From positions 1 to 44,971 of IMG/VR virus record IMGVR_UViG_3300031463_000426: a stretch of DNA of 44,971 bases, one strand, 5' to 3'. The translations under genes and the position numbers were made by a program. Shown here piece after piece: positions 8,432-16,871 of this stretch. The DNA is from a virus (lineage: Duplodnaviria > Caudoviricetes). Within the stretch, counting starts at the first letter, position 1. Each line of letters begins with the position of its first letter. The notes below the pieces were generated by a model that was not told where the DNA came from, did not search any database, and was given only the letters and a program-made list of their open reading frames with translations.

Positions 8432-9358
8432 GTGAAACTGGTGGACCTCGACAAAATCGTCGTGGGTAAACGCCTGTGGGAAGGCAGCTACAAGGCCGAC
8501 CTCCACGAAATGGTTGCCTCGCTGCGGATGTTCGGCCAACTGGTGCCGCTGGTCGTGCGGCGAAACCCCGACGGCACTTACATTTTGCTGGCCGGGGAAC
8601 GCCAGCTGCTAGCGGCCAAAAAACTGGGGTGGAAACAAATCGGCGTCACTGAGCGGGAGGACGTGGACTTTGCCGTCCGCCAGCACCTTGCCAGACAGGA
8701 GCTCGATAAGGCAACGGTTCCTCAGTATCAACTGCATGTTGGCGACTGTGTCGAGGTCATGAAGAGGGAACTGTCAGACGCATCTGTTGACCTCATTGTA
8801 ACTGACCCCCCGTCCGACCGCCGTGAGCTGATGGGAAACTTCTTTCGGGAGGCGTTCCGGGTCCTCCGGCCCGGCCGCCACTGTTATGTATTCTGCGGAT
8901 GGGAATGGATTTTTTACTTGAGGGAGCTCGCTGAGTCGTGTGGCTTTGTCTGCCCTGGGCCTCCGGGCGTGTGGGTGCGTGACCCTGAGGCCCGGAAGCG
9001 GCCCCTGGACCGGCTGCGTCTCAACTACTACCAGATTCTGCTTGCCGCCAAACCCTATTCTGGAACGGACAAGTGGCAGGAGTTGAACGAGCCTTATGAC
9101 GCGGCCTTTTATGACATTACCCGGGTGTCCTCCGTGCGGCACCACCCCGCTGAGGCGCCGGTCGAATTGTTCCAGCGCTTTATTCAACTTTCGAGCGTCA
9201 AGCACGAAGTAGTGCTTGACCCCTTTTGTGGTTCGGGCAGTTGCGGCGTTGCCGCGATCTATGAGAAACGCCGTTTCATCGGTATTGACATTGAACCCAA
9301 GTGGATTCAATTGACCAAACTCCGTATTGAGGAGGCGATAGGAGGTCAGCAAAAATGA
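8432..9358 (+). CDS. ParB-N domain fused to N4/N6 DNA methyltransferase (beta class), with altered motifs
   Basis: ParB-like GQLVPLVV...LLAGERQLLA; MTase GDC, DLIVTDPPS, RVLRPG, HPAEAP, VLDPFCGSGS, FIGIDI; GTG after GAGGAGGT. Confidence 0.85.
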   Translation: MKLVDLDKIVVGKRLWEGSYKADLHEMVASLRMFGQLVPLVVRRNPDGTYILLAGERQLLAAKKLGWKQIGVTEREDVDFAVRQHLARQELDKATVPQYQLHVGDCVEVMKRELSDASVDLIVTDPPSDRRELMGNFFREAFRVLRPGRHCYVFCGWEWIFYLRELAESCGFVCPGPPGVWVRDPEARKRPLDRLRLNYYQILLAAKPYSGTDKWQELNEPYDAAFYDITRVSSVRHHPAEAPVELFQRFIQLSSVKHEVVLDPFCGSGSCGVAAIYEKRRFIGIDIEPKWIQLTKLRIEEAIGGQQK

Positions 9359-9540
9359 ATGGCGAATTTCGGAGCGGTAAGGTAAAACAAATTCACTTCT
9401 GTGTCGAATGGGAGCTATTTCGCCGGTTTCGCTCGCTGTTCCCCGACAAGGGTGATCTGCAGAGGGTATTCCGCCAAATGCTCATCGACTTTCTCGATGA
9501 GTACGAAAACCTTGACAAGCAGAAGGACCAGACGGCATGA
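9355..9540 (+). CDS. Small hypothetical protein, RHH/CopG-like
   Basis: ATGA overlaps at both ends; KQIHFCVEWELFRRF strand-helix pattern. Confidence 0.6.
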   Translation: MNGEFRSGKVKQIHFCVEWELFRRFRSLFPDKGDLQRVFRQMLIDFLDEYENLDKQKDQTA

Positions 9541-11759
9541 TTCGCGTGGGTGGTGACGGCCCCCTGGACGCCCAATTGGTCGTAGTGGGGGAGTCACTCG
9601 GCGCCGAAGAGGAGCGGCAACGCCGGCCGTTCGTCGGTGGGGCCGGACAACTGCTGACCAGATTGTTGGCCGCCGCCGGGCTTCATCGGGACACCCTCTA
9701 CCTCACCAATGTAGTGAAGGTGAGGCCTCCGGCCAACCAACTGTCCCGCCTCCCTGAGCTTGGCGTTTCCCTCAACGACTTCATCCCCGAGTTGGTGGAT
9801 GAGCTTAGTCGCATTCAGCCGAAGGTCGTCGTCGCCCTCGGCGACCTCGCCTGCCGCACTCTCACGGGCAAGCAGCCAATTACCAAGTGGCGGGGCAGCG
9901 TTTTGCCGTGCCCTCTGGTGTCGGGGCCGCTCGTCGTTCCCACCCTCCATCCGGCCTACATCTTGCGGGACTACGTCATGCACCCGGCGGTCATCGCCGA
10001 CTTGCAGAAGGCCAAGCGGGTGTTGAACGGCCAATATGCCCCGGAGCACTATGACATCATCATCAACCCCACCATTGTCCAAATCGAGGACTACATCACC
10101 AGATGCATTGACAACCGGGCGGTGGCGTTTGACATCGAGACGATGGTTACTGGTATTCGGTGCCTGGGCCTCAGCTGTGAGGCCGACAGCGCCTTGGTCA
10201 TTCCGGTCTGTCGGATGGCCGCGGCGGATCAGGGGCATGTATGGCGGCTTGTGCGACTTCTGTTTGAAGACAAACGGGTAACAAAGATCGGCCAGAACCT
10301 GTCGTTCGACCTCTCCTTCCTGGTGCCCCACGTCGGCTTTCCTCATCCGCCCCTTTTCGACACGATGCTGGCCCACCACCTGCTGGTGCCCGAGTTGCCG
10401 CACGACCTCGACTTCCTGGCCTCCATTTACGCCGACATGAACTACTATGCGATAAAGCCCTGGGAGTCGGGCGACCATGACACTTGGATTTACAACGGCC
10501 GGGACTGTATTGCTACCTTCCGCACCTACGAGAAGCTGGCGCATGACCTCCGGGAGTCCCACTTGAACGAGTTCTTCGAGGGCTACACCATGCCCCTGTT
10601 CATGTGCCTCTTTGAGATGCAGCACCGGGGGGTGCGGGTCGATGCCGACCGGCGGGAGCAGCTGCGCCAGTCACTGGAGGCGGAGATGACCCGCCTGCAG
10701 GTTGCCATCAACGCCACCAGTGGCCGGGAGCTGAACCCCAACAGCCCTAAGCAGCTGAAGGAGCACTTCTACGAAGAGTGCCGTCACACCCCCCGGGTCC
10801 ACCGCAAGCGGGGAACGGTGACGGTGGACAAGGAGGCCCTGGCCAAATTGGCCGCCGAAGGCAGTCAGGTGGCCCAACTCATCCTTCAATACCGCCAGGC
10901 GCAGAAGCTGCTTTCCACCTTCGTGGACATTCCCCTGAGTCCCACTGGTTGCATCCACAGTGAGTACGTCATTTCCGGCACCGTCACCGGGCGGCTGTCT
11001 TCCCGGACGCCGTTTACCGGCTTTGGCAGCAACTTGCAGAACATCCCGCCTCAGGCTCGGGAACTCATCGTCCCGCGGCCGAGGAGGTGTTTTGTCAAAG
11101 GCGACCTGTCTCAGGCCGAAAACCGGGTGGTCGCCTGGCTGACCCACGGGGTCATGAAGCGGGCCTTTCAGCGCGGAGAGGACGTGCACTCGCTGGCCGC
11201 CGCTATGCTGTTTGGTGGCCAGGCCCAGGACTACCCAAAGGGCAGCCGGGAGCGCAACGTCGCCAAGACTTGCGTCCATGCGGCCAACTACGGAAGCGGC
11301 CCGGGACAACTGGCCGCTATCCTCCATTGCCCGCAGGCAGAGGCCCGCAAACTGTTGGAGAAATACCACGGGGCCTTTCCCGAAGTGCGCCGGTGGCAGG
11401 AGCGCATTCGTGCACAGTTGGCCAAAAACCGTACGCTCACGACGCCACTGGGCCGCCGGCGGCAATTCCTCGACCGCTGGGGCGACGAACTGTTCCGCTC
11501 GGCCTACGCCTTCATTCCGCAGTCTACTGTGGCCGACTACCTCAACCTGGGCTTGTTGCGCCTGTGGCTCAAGCTTTTTCCCCTCGACTCCTGGCCGGTT
11601 CTGCAGGTTCACGACGAAGTGGTGGTCGAGTGTCCCCTCGGCCGCGAGGCGCAAGTCGAACAAATCATGAAACAATGTTTGGAAATTCCCATCGTGGTGG
11701 AGTCTGACCTCCTTATTATTCCGCTGGAGACAAAGGTCTTGTATGAACACTGGGTTTGA
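9537..11759 (+). CDS. Family A DNA polymerase with N-terminal family-4 uracil-DNA glycosylase domain (SPO1-like architecture)
   Basis: UDG GESLG.EE....PFVG.AG, NVVK.RPP, LHPAYILR; exonuclease FDIET, QNLSFD, YNGRD; polymerase TGRLSS, DLSQAE, R...K.......YG, QVHDE. Confidence 0.93.
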   Translation: MIRVGGDGPLDAQLVVVGESLGAEEERQRRPFVGGAGQLLTRLLAAAGLHRDTLYLTNVVKVRPPANQLSRLPELGVSLNDFIPELVDELSRIQPKVVVALGDLACRTLTGKQPITKWRGSVLPCPLVSGPLVVPTLHPAYILRDYVMHPAVIADLQKAKRVLNGQYAPEHYDIIINPTIVQIEDYITRCIDNRAVAFDIETMVTGIRCLGLSCEADSALVIPVCRMAAADQGHVWRLVRLLFEDKRVTKIGQNLSFDLSFLVPHVGFPHPPLFDTMLAHHLLVPELPHDLDFLASIYADMNYYAIKPWESGDHDTWIYNGRDCIATFRTYEKLAHDLRESHLNEFFEGYTMPLFMCLFEMQHRGVRVDADRREQLRQSLEAEMTRLQVAINATSGRELNPNSPKQLKEHFYEECRHTPRVHRKRGTVTVDKEALAKLAAEGSQVAQLILQYRQAQKLLSTFVDIPLSPTGCIHSEYVISGTVTGRLSSRTPFTGFGSNLQNIPPQARELIVPRPRRCFVKGDLSQAENRVVAWLTHGVMKRAFQRGEDVHSLAAAMLFGGQAQDYPKGSRERNVAKTCVHAANYGSGPGQLAAILHCPQAEARKLLEKYHGAFPEVRRWQERIRAQLAKNRTLTTPLGRRRQFLDRWGDELFRSAYAFIPQSTVADYLNLGLLRLWLKLFPLDSWPVLQVHDEVVVECPLGREAQVEQIMKQCLEIPIVVESDLLIIPLETKVLYEHWV

Positions 11760-11762
11760 CAA

Positions 11763-13040
11763 ATGGATTGGCTCGCAAAATATGTCGAGTGGTCAGCCGC
11801 GGTGTGTGAGTCGCCGCTCATCTTCCACAAGTGGGTCGGTCTGTGGCTGGCGGCAAACGCCGCGCAAAGGCGGGTGTGGGTACCGTTGCACGGTGAGGCC
11901 ATTTATTGCAACCTATACATTATGTTGGTCGGACCGAGCGGGCGGGTACAGAAGTCGACGGTGGCCGACCACGGCGTCAAACTGCTGGACCAGCTTGACG
12001 TCGTGGTGATGCAGGACCGGGTGACGCGGGCCTATTTGAGTTCATACCTGTCGGAGGCCTCGGCCCGCCTGGGGGCTAGTTGCATCTCCATTTATGCTCC
12101 CGAACTGCGCACGGCCCTCAACGAAATGACCATTGCCGAAGGCATCATGGAAATTTTGACCCGGGCCTACGACTGTCCCCGAAAGCTGGAGTATCGCTTG
12201 AAAAGCGGCGGAGTGCTGTCCGCCACCGATGTGTGGGTTTCCCTCTTGGCCTGTTCGACGCCCCAGTGGTTGACGGTAGGGATGTCTCGTGATGAGGTCG
12301 GCGGGGGCTTCGCCGGCCGGGTCGTCATGCTGTATGGCGAGGTGCCGCACCAGCGACTGCCGTATTCTCCCACGCTGCAGCGAACCGGCCAGGCGGCTCG
12401 CAGCGTAGTGGTCAACCGGCTCCTGGCCATGCGGAAACTGGCTGGCGAGATGACCGTCACGGAGGCCGCTGGTCGCATATGGAACAAATTTCGGGAGGAG
12501 GTTGACCGCACCATCCTCGAGAAGGACGCCCGGGTTCAGCCGTTCTGCGACCGCCTTCACATCCATGTCCTCAAAGTCGCCGCCCTCAGGTCGCTCACTC
12601 AACGCGACGACCTGACCATTGACGCCGATGATATGGTCTTTGCCATTGCCATGCTGGAAGAGGCCGAAAGCCACATCGTCCCCTGCCTCCAGGCGGTGTC
12701 GCCCAGCAAGGCCGTGGCGTTTGGCGATGCCGTGCTGGACATCATGCGGAAAATGGGAGGCGTGGCCACCCGAACCGAGTTGATGCGAAAGCTTTACGGA
12801 AAGCGACTGGCGCTGTCGGTTCAGGAGTTCAACGAAATTGTCGAAATGCTGGAGGCCAGTGACCTCATCATCAGCGTAACTCAACAGAGCCGCCCCGGTG
12901 TCAGGCTTGCCACCACTTACTACGTGAAAGAGTGCGCACCGCCCCGCATTCGGGAGACTGCGGCCCTCGAGAAGGAGTGGAGAGAATATGTTCGCCGACA
13001 AGTCGGCGGCGTTAACGAACAAGAAAAAGGAGGAAAGTAA
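11763..13040 (+). CDS. DUF3987-type AAA+ ATPase / putative replicative helicase with C-terminal winged helix
   Basis: ESP..FH.W, NLY..LVGPSGRVQKST, LT..YD, GGFAGR; follows the polymerase. Confidence 0.7.
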   Translation: MDWLAKYVEWSAAVCESPLIFHKWVGLWLAANAAQRRVWVPLHGEAIYCNLYIMLVGPSGRVQKSTVADHGVKLLDQLDVVVMQDRVTRAYLSSYLSEASARLGASCISIYAPELRTALNEMTIAEGIMEILTRAYDCPRKLEYRLKSGGVLSATDVWVSLLACSTPQWLTVGMSRDEVGGGFAGRVVMLYGEVPHQRLPYSPTLQRTGQAARSVVVNRLLAMRKLAGEMTVTEAAGRIWNKFREEVDRTILEKDARVQPFCDRLHIHVLKVAALRSLTQRDDLTIDADDMVFAIAMLEEAESHIVPCLQAVSPSKAVAFGDAVLDIMRKMGGVATRTELMRKLYGKRLALSVQEFNEIVEMLEASDLIISVTQQSRPGVRLATTYYVKECAPPRIRETAALEKEWREYVRRQVGGVNEQEKGGK

Positions 13041-13041
13041 A

Positions 13042-13395
13042 ATGGTTAAGAAAACTTTGGTAGGTCTGTTGTGTTTGGTCCTGTTAGCCGGTTGTGCGGG
13101 GTGGCAAAAGGTGGCGGACGTGGTGTGCAATCCCACCGACGAACAGAGGGCTGAGGCCGCCGCCATGTTACAGGCGTTGGACGCCGTGCAGGACGTGGTG
13201 GGCATATTTGTCGCGGATGCCGCGCTGATCAAGGCCAGCATCGTATTGACTACTATCAAAGACGGTGGTTGTTTCCTGATTTCCGACCTCAAACAGATTC
13301 TTGACCTTATGGACAAGATCGAGGCCATTCAGACCAGGATAGTGGCCAAGTCCCAAACCTATCCGGCCCTGAGGAAGTTGTGCGAGAGCCGTTAA
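13042..13395 (+). CDS. Lipoprotein
   Basis: Signal peptide with lipobox LLAG-C; RBS AGGAGG. Confidence 0.8.
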   Translation: MVKKTLVGLLCLVLLAGCAGWQKVADVVCNPTDEQRAEAAAMLQALDAVQDVVGIFVADAALIKASIVLTTIKDGGCFLISDLKQILDLMDKIEAIQTRIVAKSQTYPALRKLCESR

Positions 13396-13420
13396 ACAAA
13401 CCCGGCGGGAGGATCATCTC

Positions 13421-14185
13421 ATGAGACGCAAAGCACTTTGTGTGGGAATTAACCGCTACCACAACTTTCCTGAGGCTACCCTGCAGGGCTGTGTCCAGGA
13501 TGTCAGGACGATGGTCAAGGTGATGCGTTACCTGGACGTCCAGGCGGTGAAGACCTTGACTGATGAGGACGCCACCAAAGAGGCCATCCTGGCGGAACTG
13601 AAGAAACTGGTGAACGACGACCTCGATTGGTTCGGCTTCAGTTTCTCCGGGCATGGCACCCAGTATCCCCGGGCGGATGAACCCGATGGCCTGGGGGAGG
13701 CCCTCGCCTGTCATGACTTGGCTCAGAAGGGCGACGGGTGGGACGAAGGCACCATCATCACCGACCGGGAGTTGCGGGCGCTGTTGGACCAGGCCCATTG
13801 TACGGTGGAAGTGTGGCTCGACAGTTGTTTCTCCGGCGGCATGACTCGGTCACTTCGCCGGACGCCCCGTTTCCTGCCGTGGCCCGGCCACCGGGAGTTG
13901 CCGTTGCCCCAGCTGTCTGACTCAAAGATGGCCTCCTCCCCGGGCCGTCGGCTGGTATTTTGGCTGGCGGCCAGCGAGGCCCAGGAGGCCGCCGACGCCT
14001 GGTTTGAGAACGGAGCCGAGGGGGCGTTCACTCACTTTTGGAGCCGGAGCTTCTTCAGCAATCCGGATGACCCGCGGGTCCGCCTGATTGCCGAAACCCG
14101 CACCGAACTGGCGTCTTTCCACTTTCCGCAATTCGCCCGTCTGAAGTGCTGGAACGTGAAGGCCCAGACGACGGTCGGGACGTAA
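13421..14185 (+). CDS. Metacaspase (peptidase C14)
   Basis: KALCVGIN.Y, L.GCV.D, AT...I, catalytic FSGHG and DSCFSG, A..A.......GAFT. Confidence 0.92.
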   Translation: MRRKALCVGINRYHNFPEATLQGCVQDVRTMVKVMRYLDVQAVKTLTDEDATKEAILAELKKLVNDDLDWFGFSFSGHGTQYPRADEPDGLGEALACHDLAQKGDGWDEGTIITDRELRALLDQAHCTVEVWLDSCFSGGMTRSLRRTPRFLPWPGHRELPLPQLSDSKMASSPGRRLVFWLAASEAQEAADAWFENGAEGAFTHFWSRSFFSNPDDPRVRLIAETRTELASFHFPQFARLKCWNVKAQTTVGT

Positions 14186-14214
14186 ACCAGAATCCGCCGT
14201 GAGGTGACTCGGTT

Positions 14215-14385
14215 ATGGCCAAAGACAACGTGGAGAAACTGATTGGGGATTTGTGTCAACTTTATGAGTTGACTCCACCTGGCCTGATTACCAGCGATTT
14301 GGAAAAGTCTCTTATCGAAGTGACCAAGTGGCTCGCTTGGTTGGGTGTCTTGGGAGTCAAGCCCGAAGGGAGGATAAGCAAATGA
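14215..14385 (+). CDS. Small hypothetical protein (56 aa, MAKDNVEKLIGD...), absent from the ORF track
   Basis: RBS GAGGTG; stop overlaps the next ATG (ATGA). Confidence 0.65.
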   Translation: MAKDNVEKLIGDLCQLYELTPPGLITSDLEKSLIEVTKWLAWLGVLGVKPEGRISK

Positions 14386-14573
14386 AAACACTGATCGCCG
14401 CGCTGTTGCTGTCATTTGCCCTGGTGTCCGGTTGCGTCCACCGCGTTGACCCGCTCCAGCAAGCGTACGACGAGGGCAAACTGACGACCTTCGAGTATCA
14501 CTATCTGAAGATGATGCGGGACTGGCGACACACCGATAACCAAAGGCTCATGATGGAGATGCTTAAACGATGA
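14382..14573 (+). CDS. Small lipoprotein
   Basis: MKTLIAALLLSFALVSG-C lipobox; RBS GGAGG. Confidence 0.8.
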   Translation: MKTLIAALLLSFALVSGCVHRVDPLQQAYDEGKLTTFEYHYLKMMRDWRHTDNQRLMMEMLKR

Positions 14574-14665
14574 ACGAAGAGGTGGAATTCAAATACCGTT
14601 GTGCCTTGTGTTCGGCACCCATACTCACGCCGAACGGAAGCTTAAAAGTTTACCGGAGAACATGA
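14570..14665 (+). CDS. Possible 31-aa CxxC peptide
   Basis: ATGA overlap; MNEEVEFKYRCALCSAP... Confidence 0.35.
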   Translation: MNEEVEFKYRCALCSAPILTPNGSLKVYRRT

Positions 14666-14714
14666 AGACATCGAGGCGCCATACTCGTGGAGTATGCGAA
14701 GAAGAGGTGGGCCG

Positions 14715-15419
14715 ATGAAAATCAACGTCATTGAAGGAACGGCTAACGCTTTCAAATATGCCGCCGTCTTGGCGGGCCTGGGGCATTCCGTCAACCTGCT
14801 GAAGCCTGACGACCCCTACACTCCGGGCGACGCCGTCGTCATCGCTTCGCCGCTGGAGGTGCGGGAGCGTCAGTTCATGACCTACGTCGGGGTGTGTCCG
14901 GTGTTGTGTGAGAGTCCGGTCACGTGGTGCCCTCCGACCAGGGGAAAACACCCCCACATGTTGGCGGCCCATTGGCTGTTTACGCCGACGGTTCGCCGTT
15001 TGCGGAGCACCGCCCAGTGGGTGACCCAGGCCCATTTGTGGTTTGACTACTACTACGGCAACCTCCAAGAGTTGCGAGAGATGGTGACTGCCCTGTATCT
15101 GTTCGGCCCCCTGCGGGACTCGAAGGTCTTCAGACGAGGCCAAGAAGTCACCGTGGCCCTGTGCCACCACAAATCAGGGGTGTTGTCCACGGTCAATTGT
15201 GGCCGCCACTCGATGACCTACGAGAGGGGCATACGGATGACGTATGACACCGGCAAGGTCGAGCAAGTTGTCTGGAGTCTACCGGAGGTGGATGACGACG
15301 CTTGCCGAGAAATGATCTCCCACTGGCTGAGGGTCATCAACGACGAGGTCACTGAGTGGCCCGCGCTGGCCCTGGGCTACGAGGCTTACGTCGCCATACA
15401 CGGAGAGGAAACGTCATGA
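14715..15419 (+). CDS. Degenerate Gfo/Idh/MocA oxidoreductase-like protein
   Basis: DAVVIASP...VLCESP...LFTPTVRRLR matches the family pattern DAV.IATP...VLCEKP...RF.P; GxGxxG and EKP Lys are missing. Confidence 0.65.
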   Translation: MKINVIEGTANAFKYAAVLAGLGHSVNLLKPDDPYTPGDAVVIASPLEVRERQFMTYVGVCPVLCESPVTWCPPTRGKHPHMLAAHWLFTPTVRRLRSTAQWVTQAHLWFDYYYGNLQELREMVTALYLFGPLRDSKVFRRGQEVTVALCHHKSGVLSTVNCGRHSMTYERGIRMTYDTGKVEQVVWSLPEVDDDACREMISHWLRVINDEVTEWPALALGYEAYVAIHGEETS

Positions 15420-16099
15420 GTTCGGACTTTCTGGATAAAACCTGGTTCATCGCCGACTTGGTGGCTGGCGCGAAAGTGGTGGATGAGGTCAGCGGTGCTG
15501 GCGGAGTCGTGAAACTGCCAGCCAGCTGGCGGCGAAAGTGGCCCGAACGCTATGTGGTGTCGTTGACTCAGCCGGGCGACCTTAAGCGCCTTCCCGAACG
15601 ACCGCTGGCCCTCGTGGTGGAGCACCCGGAACCCGACCTCCTCAGTGAGTGTCTGACCACAGAGTGCCCGCTCATTATCTACACTGGCAGGATGAATGAG
15701 GATGAAATCTACCAACTGGTTGAACAAATAGTCGACTACAAACACGGCATCTGCCTTGTCCACCGGATGGAGATGTTTCCGACTCCGCCAGCGCGGGTCA
15801 ATTTGCAGTTCGTCGAGGTGTTGGCCGACGTCCTGGACGACGTCTATCTCGACGGTTGTGTGGGCTGGTGTTGCCACACTCCTGACCTCGAACTGTGCAA
15901 GGCCGCGGTCGCCGCCCTCTCCTTCGGCAACACCAAGTTCATTTTCTATGTGAAACCCGACGGCTCTAAGGCGACGACGCCAGAAGCCCGCAGCGCCTTG
16001 ACCGTGTCACAGTTTCGGGAGCTAGTCGAATGGACCCGGCAAAACGTCAGTTGCCTCTGGAGCGACGTGTCTCTTGACGACCGGGAGGACAGGAAATGA
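15416..16099 (+). CDS. Degenerate NeuB/SpsE (N-acylneuraminate synthase)-like TIM-barrel protein
   Basis: Collinear NeuB blocks: AGG-VVK, PLIIYTGRM, LVHRMEMFPTP..VNL, VGWCCHT, AAVAA, SALT..QFREL; no SAF domain. Confidence 0.75.
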   Translation: MSSDFLDKTWFIADLVAGAKVVDEVSGAGGVVKLPASWRRKWPERYVVSLTQPGDLKRLPERPLALVVEHPEPDLLSECLTTECPLIIYTGRMNEDEIYQLVEQIVDYKHGICLVHRMEMFPTPPARVNLQFVEVLADVLDDVYLDGCVGWCCHTPDLELCKAAVAALSFGNTKFIFYVKPDGSKATTPEARSALTVSQFRELVEWTRQNVSCLWSDVSLDDREDRK

Positions 16100-16425
16100 C
16101 GGAGCGGCCGGAAATGCTGAGCGGTTACACCATCCGCACTGCGTGCGGGTGCGGCAAACTGTACGTCACCATAAACGAGAGTGAGGACAAAAACTATCGG
16201 GAAGTGTTTTTTCGCCTGGGGAAGGCGGGCGGTTGCCCCATGTCCTGGTGTGATGCCATTGGCCGGTTGATAACCTTTTCGCTCAACAGTGGGGTCAAAA
16301 AGGAGCAGATTGTCAGGGCATTGAGTGGCATTCGGTGTCCCAATCCCACGACGGTGGACGGCGAACAGATATACTCGTGCCCGGACGCCATCGCCTCCGT
16401 CTTAAAGCGCTATTTGTCCGAGTGA
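16096..16425 (+). CDS. Stand-alone TSCPD-domain protein (homologue of class II ribonucleotide reductase C-terminal domain)
   Basis: CGKLYVTIN, EVF..LGKAGGC, AIGRL, L.GIRC, SCPDAIA. Confidence 0.88.
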   Translation: MTERPEMLSGYTIRTACGCGKLYVTINESEDKNYREVFFRLGKAGGCPMSWCDAIGRLITFSLNSGVKKEQIVRALSGIRCPNPTTVDGEQIYSCPDAIASVLKRYLSE

Positions 16426-16589
16426 GTTCCTGACACGTTTCCATCCTTGGAAAAAAGCCCAATCAACGTCACCAACAGGGACAGCAAGATCTGTCCCTGT
16501 TCGTTTGTGATGACGCCGGTGTACGTGAGCCCGCCGACTACAAACGCTCCAATGCCCAAGATGGTGGTCTTCCAGCTTTTGACGAGCAT
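16410..16589 (-). CDS. Holin (59 aa, two TM segments), absent from the ORF track
   Basis: MLVKSWKTTILGIGAFVVGG...LLVTLIGLFSKDGNVSG; RBS GGAGGT; in the lysis cassette. Confidence 0.78.
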   Translation of the reverse strand: MLVKSWKTTILGIGAFVVGGLTYTGVITNEQGQILLSLLVTLIGLFSKDGNVSGTHSDK

Positions 16590-16592
16590 TTT

Positions 16593-16871
16593 TTACCTCC
16601 GGCCGAGGTTGAGCAGAACGTTGACCAAGACCGCTCCGGCAATCGAGCCTACAAAGGCCGCCAACATCAGACCTCCTTTCCACACCCATATCGTTCTCTT
16701 CATCTCCTCCATCGACCTCCTTTGTTCGTGCATTTCCGCCTCCAGCTTGTCCAGGCGAATGTCGTGGCGCTCACAGGTTAAATTCCACAGCGTCTCATTT
16801 ATTCGTTCGAGCTCCTGGGTGATCCAGGGGTGTACCGGACAGTAGGGATCAGTCTTTTTGTTCTCTTCCAC
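16593..16871 (-). CDS. Lysis-cassette membrane protein (coiled coil plus C-terminal TM, XhlA-like)
   Basis: Coiled coil followed by GGLMLAAFVGSIAGAVLVNVLL; lies between endolysin and holin. Confidence 0.65.
   Translation of the reverse strand: MEENKKTDPYCPVHPWITQELERINETLWNLTCERHDIRLDKLEAEMHEQRRSMEEMKRTIWVWKGGLMLAAFVGSIAGAVLVNVLLNLGRR

Noticed and set aside
14570-14718. Frameshifted single gene joining two tiny ORFs
   Set aside because: No clear slippery site or recognisable domain; evidence too weak
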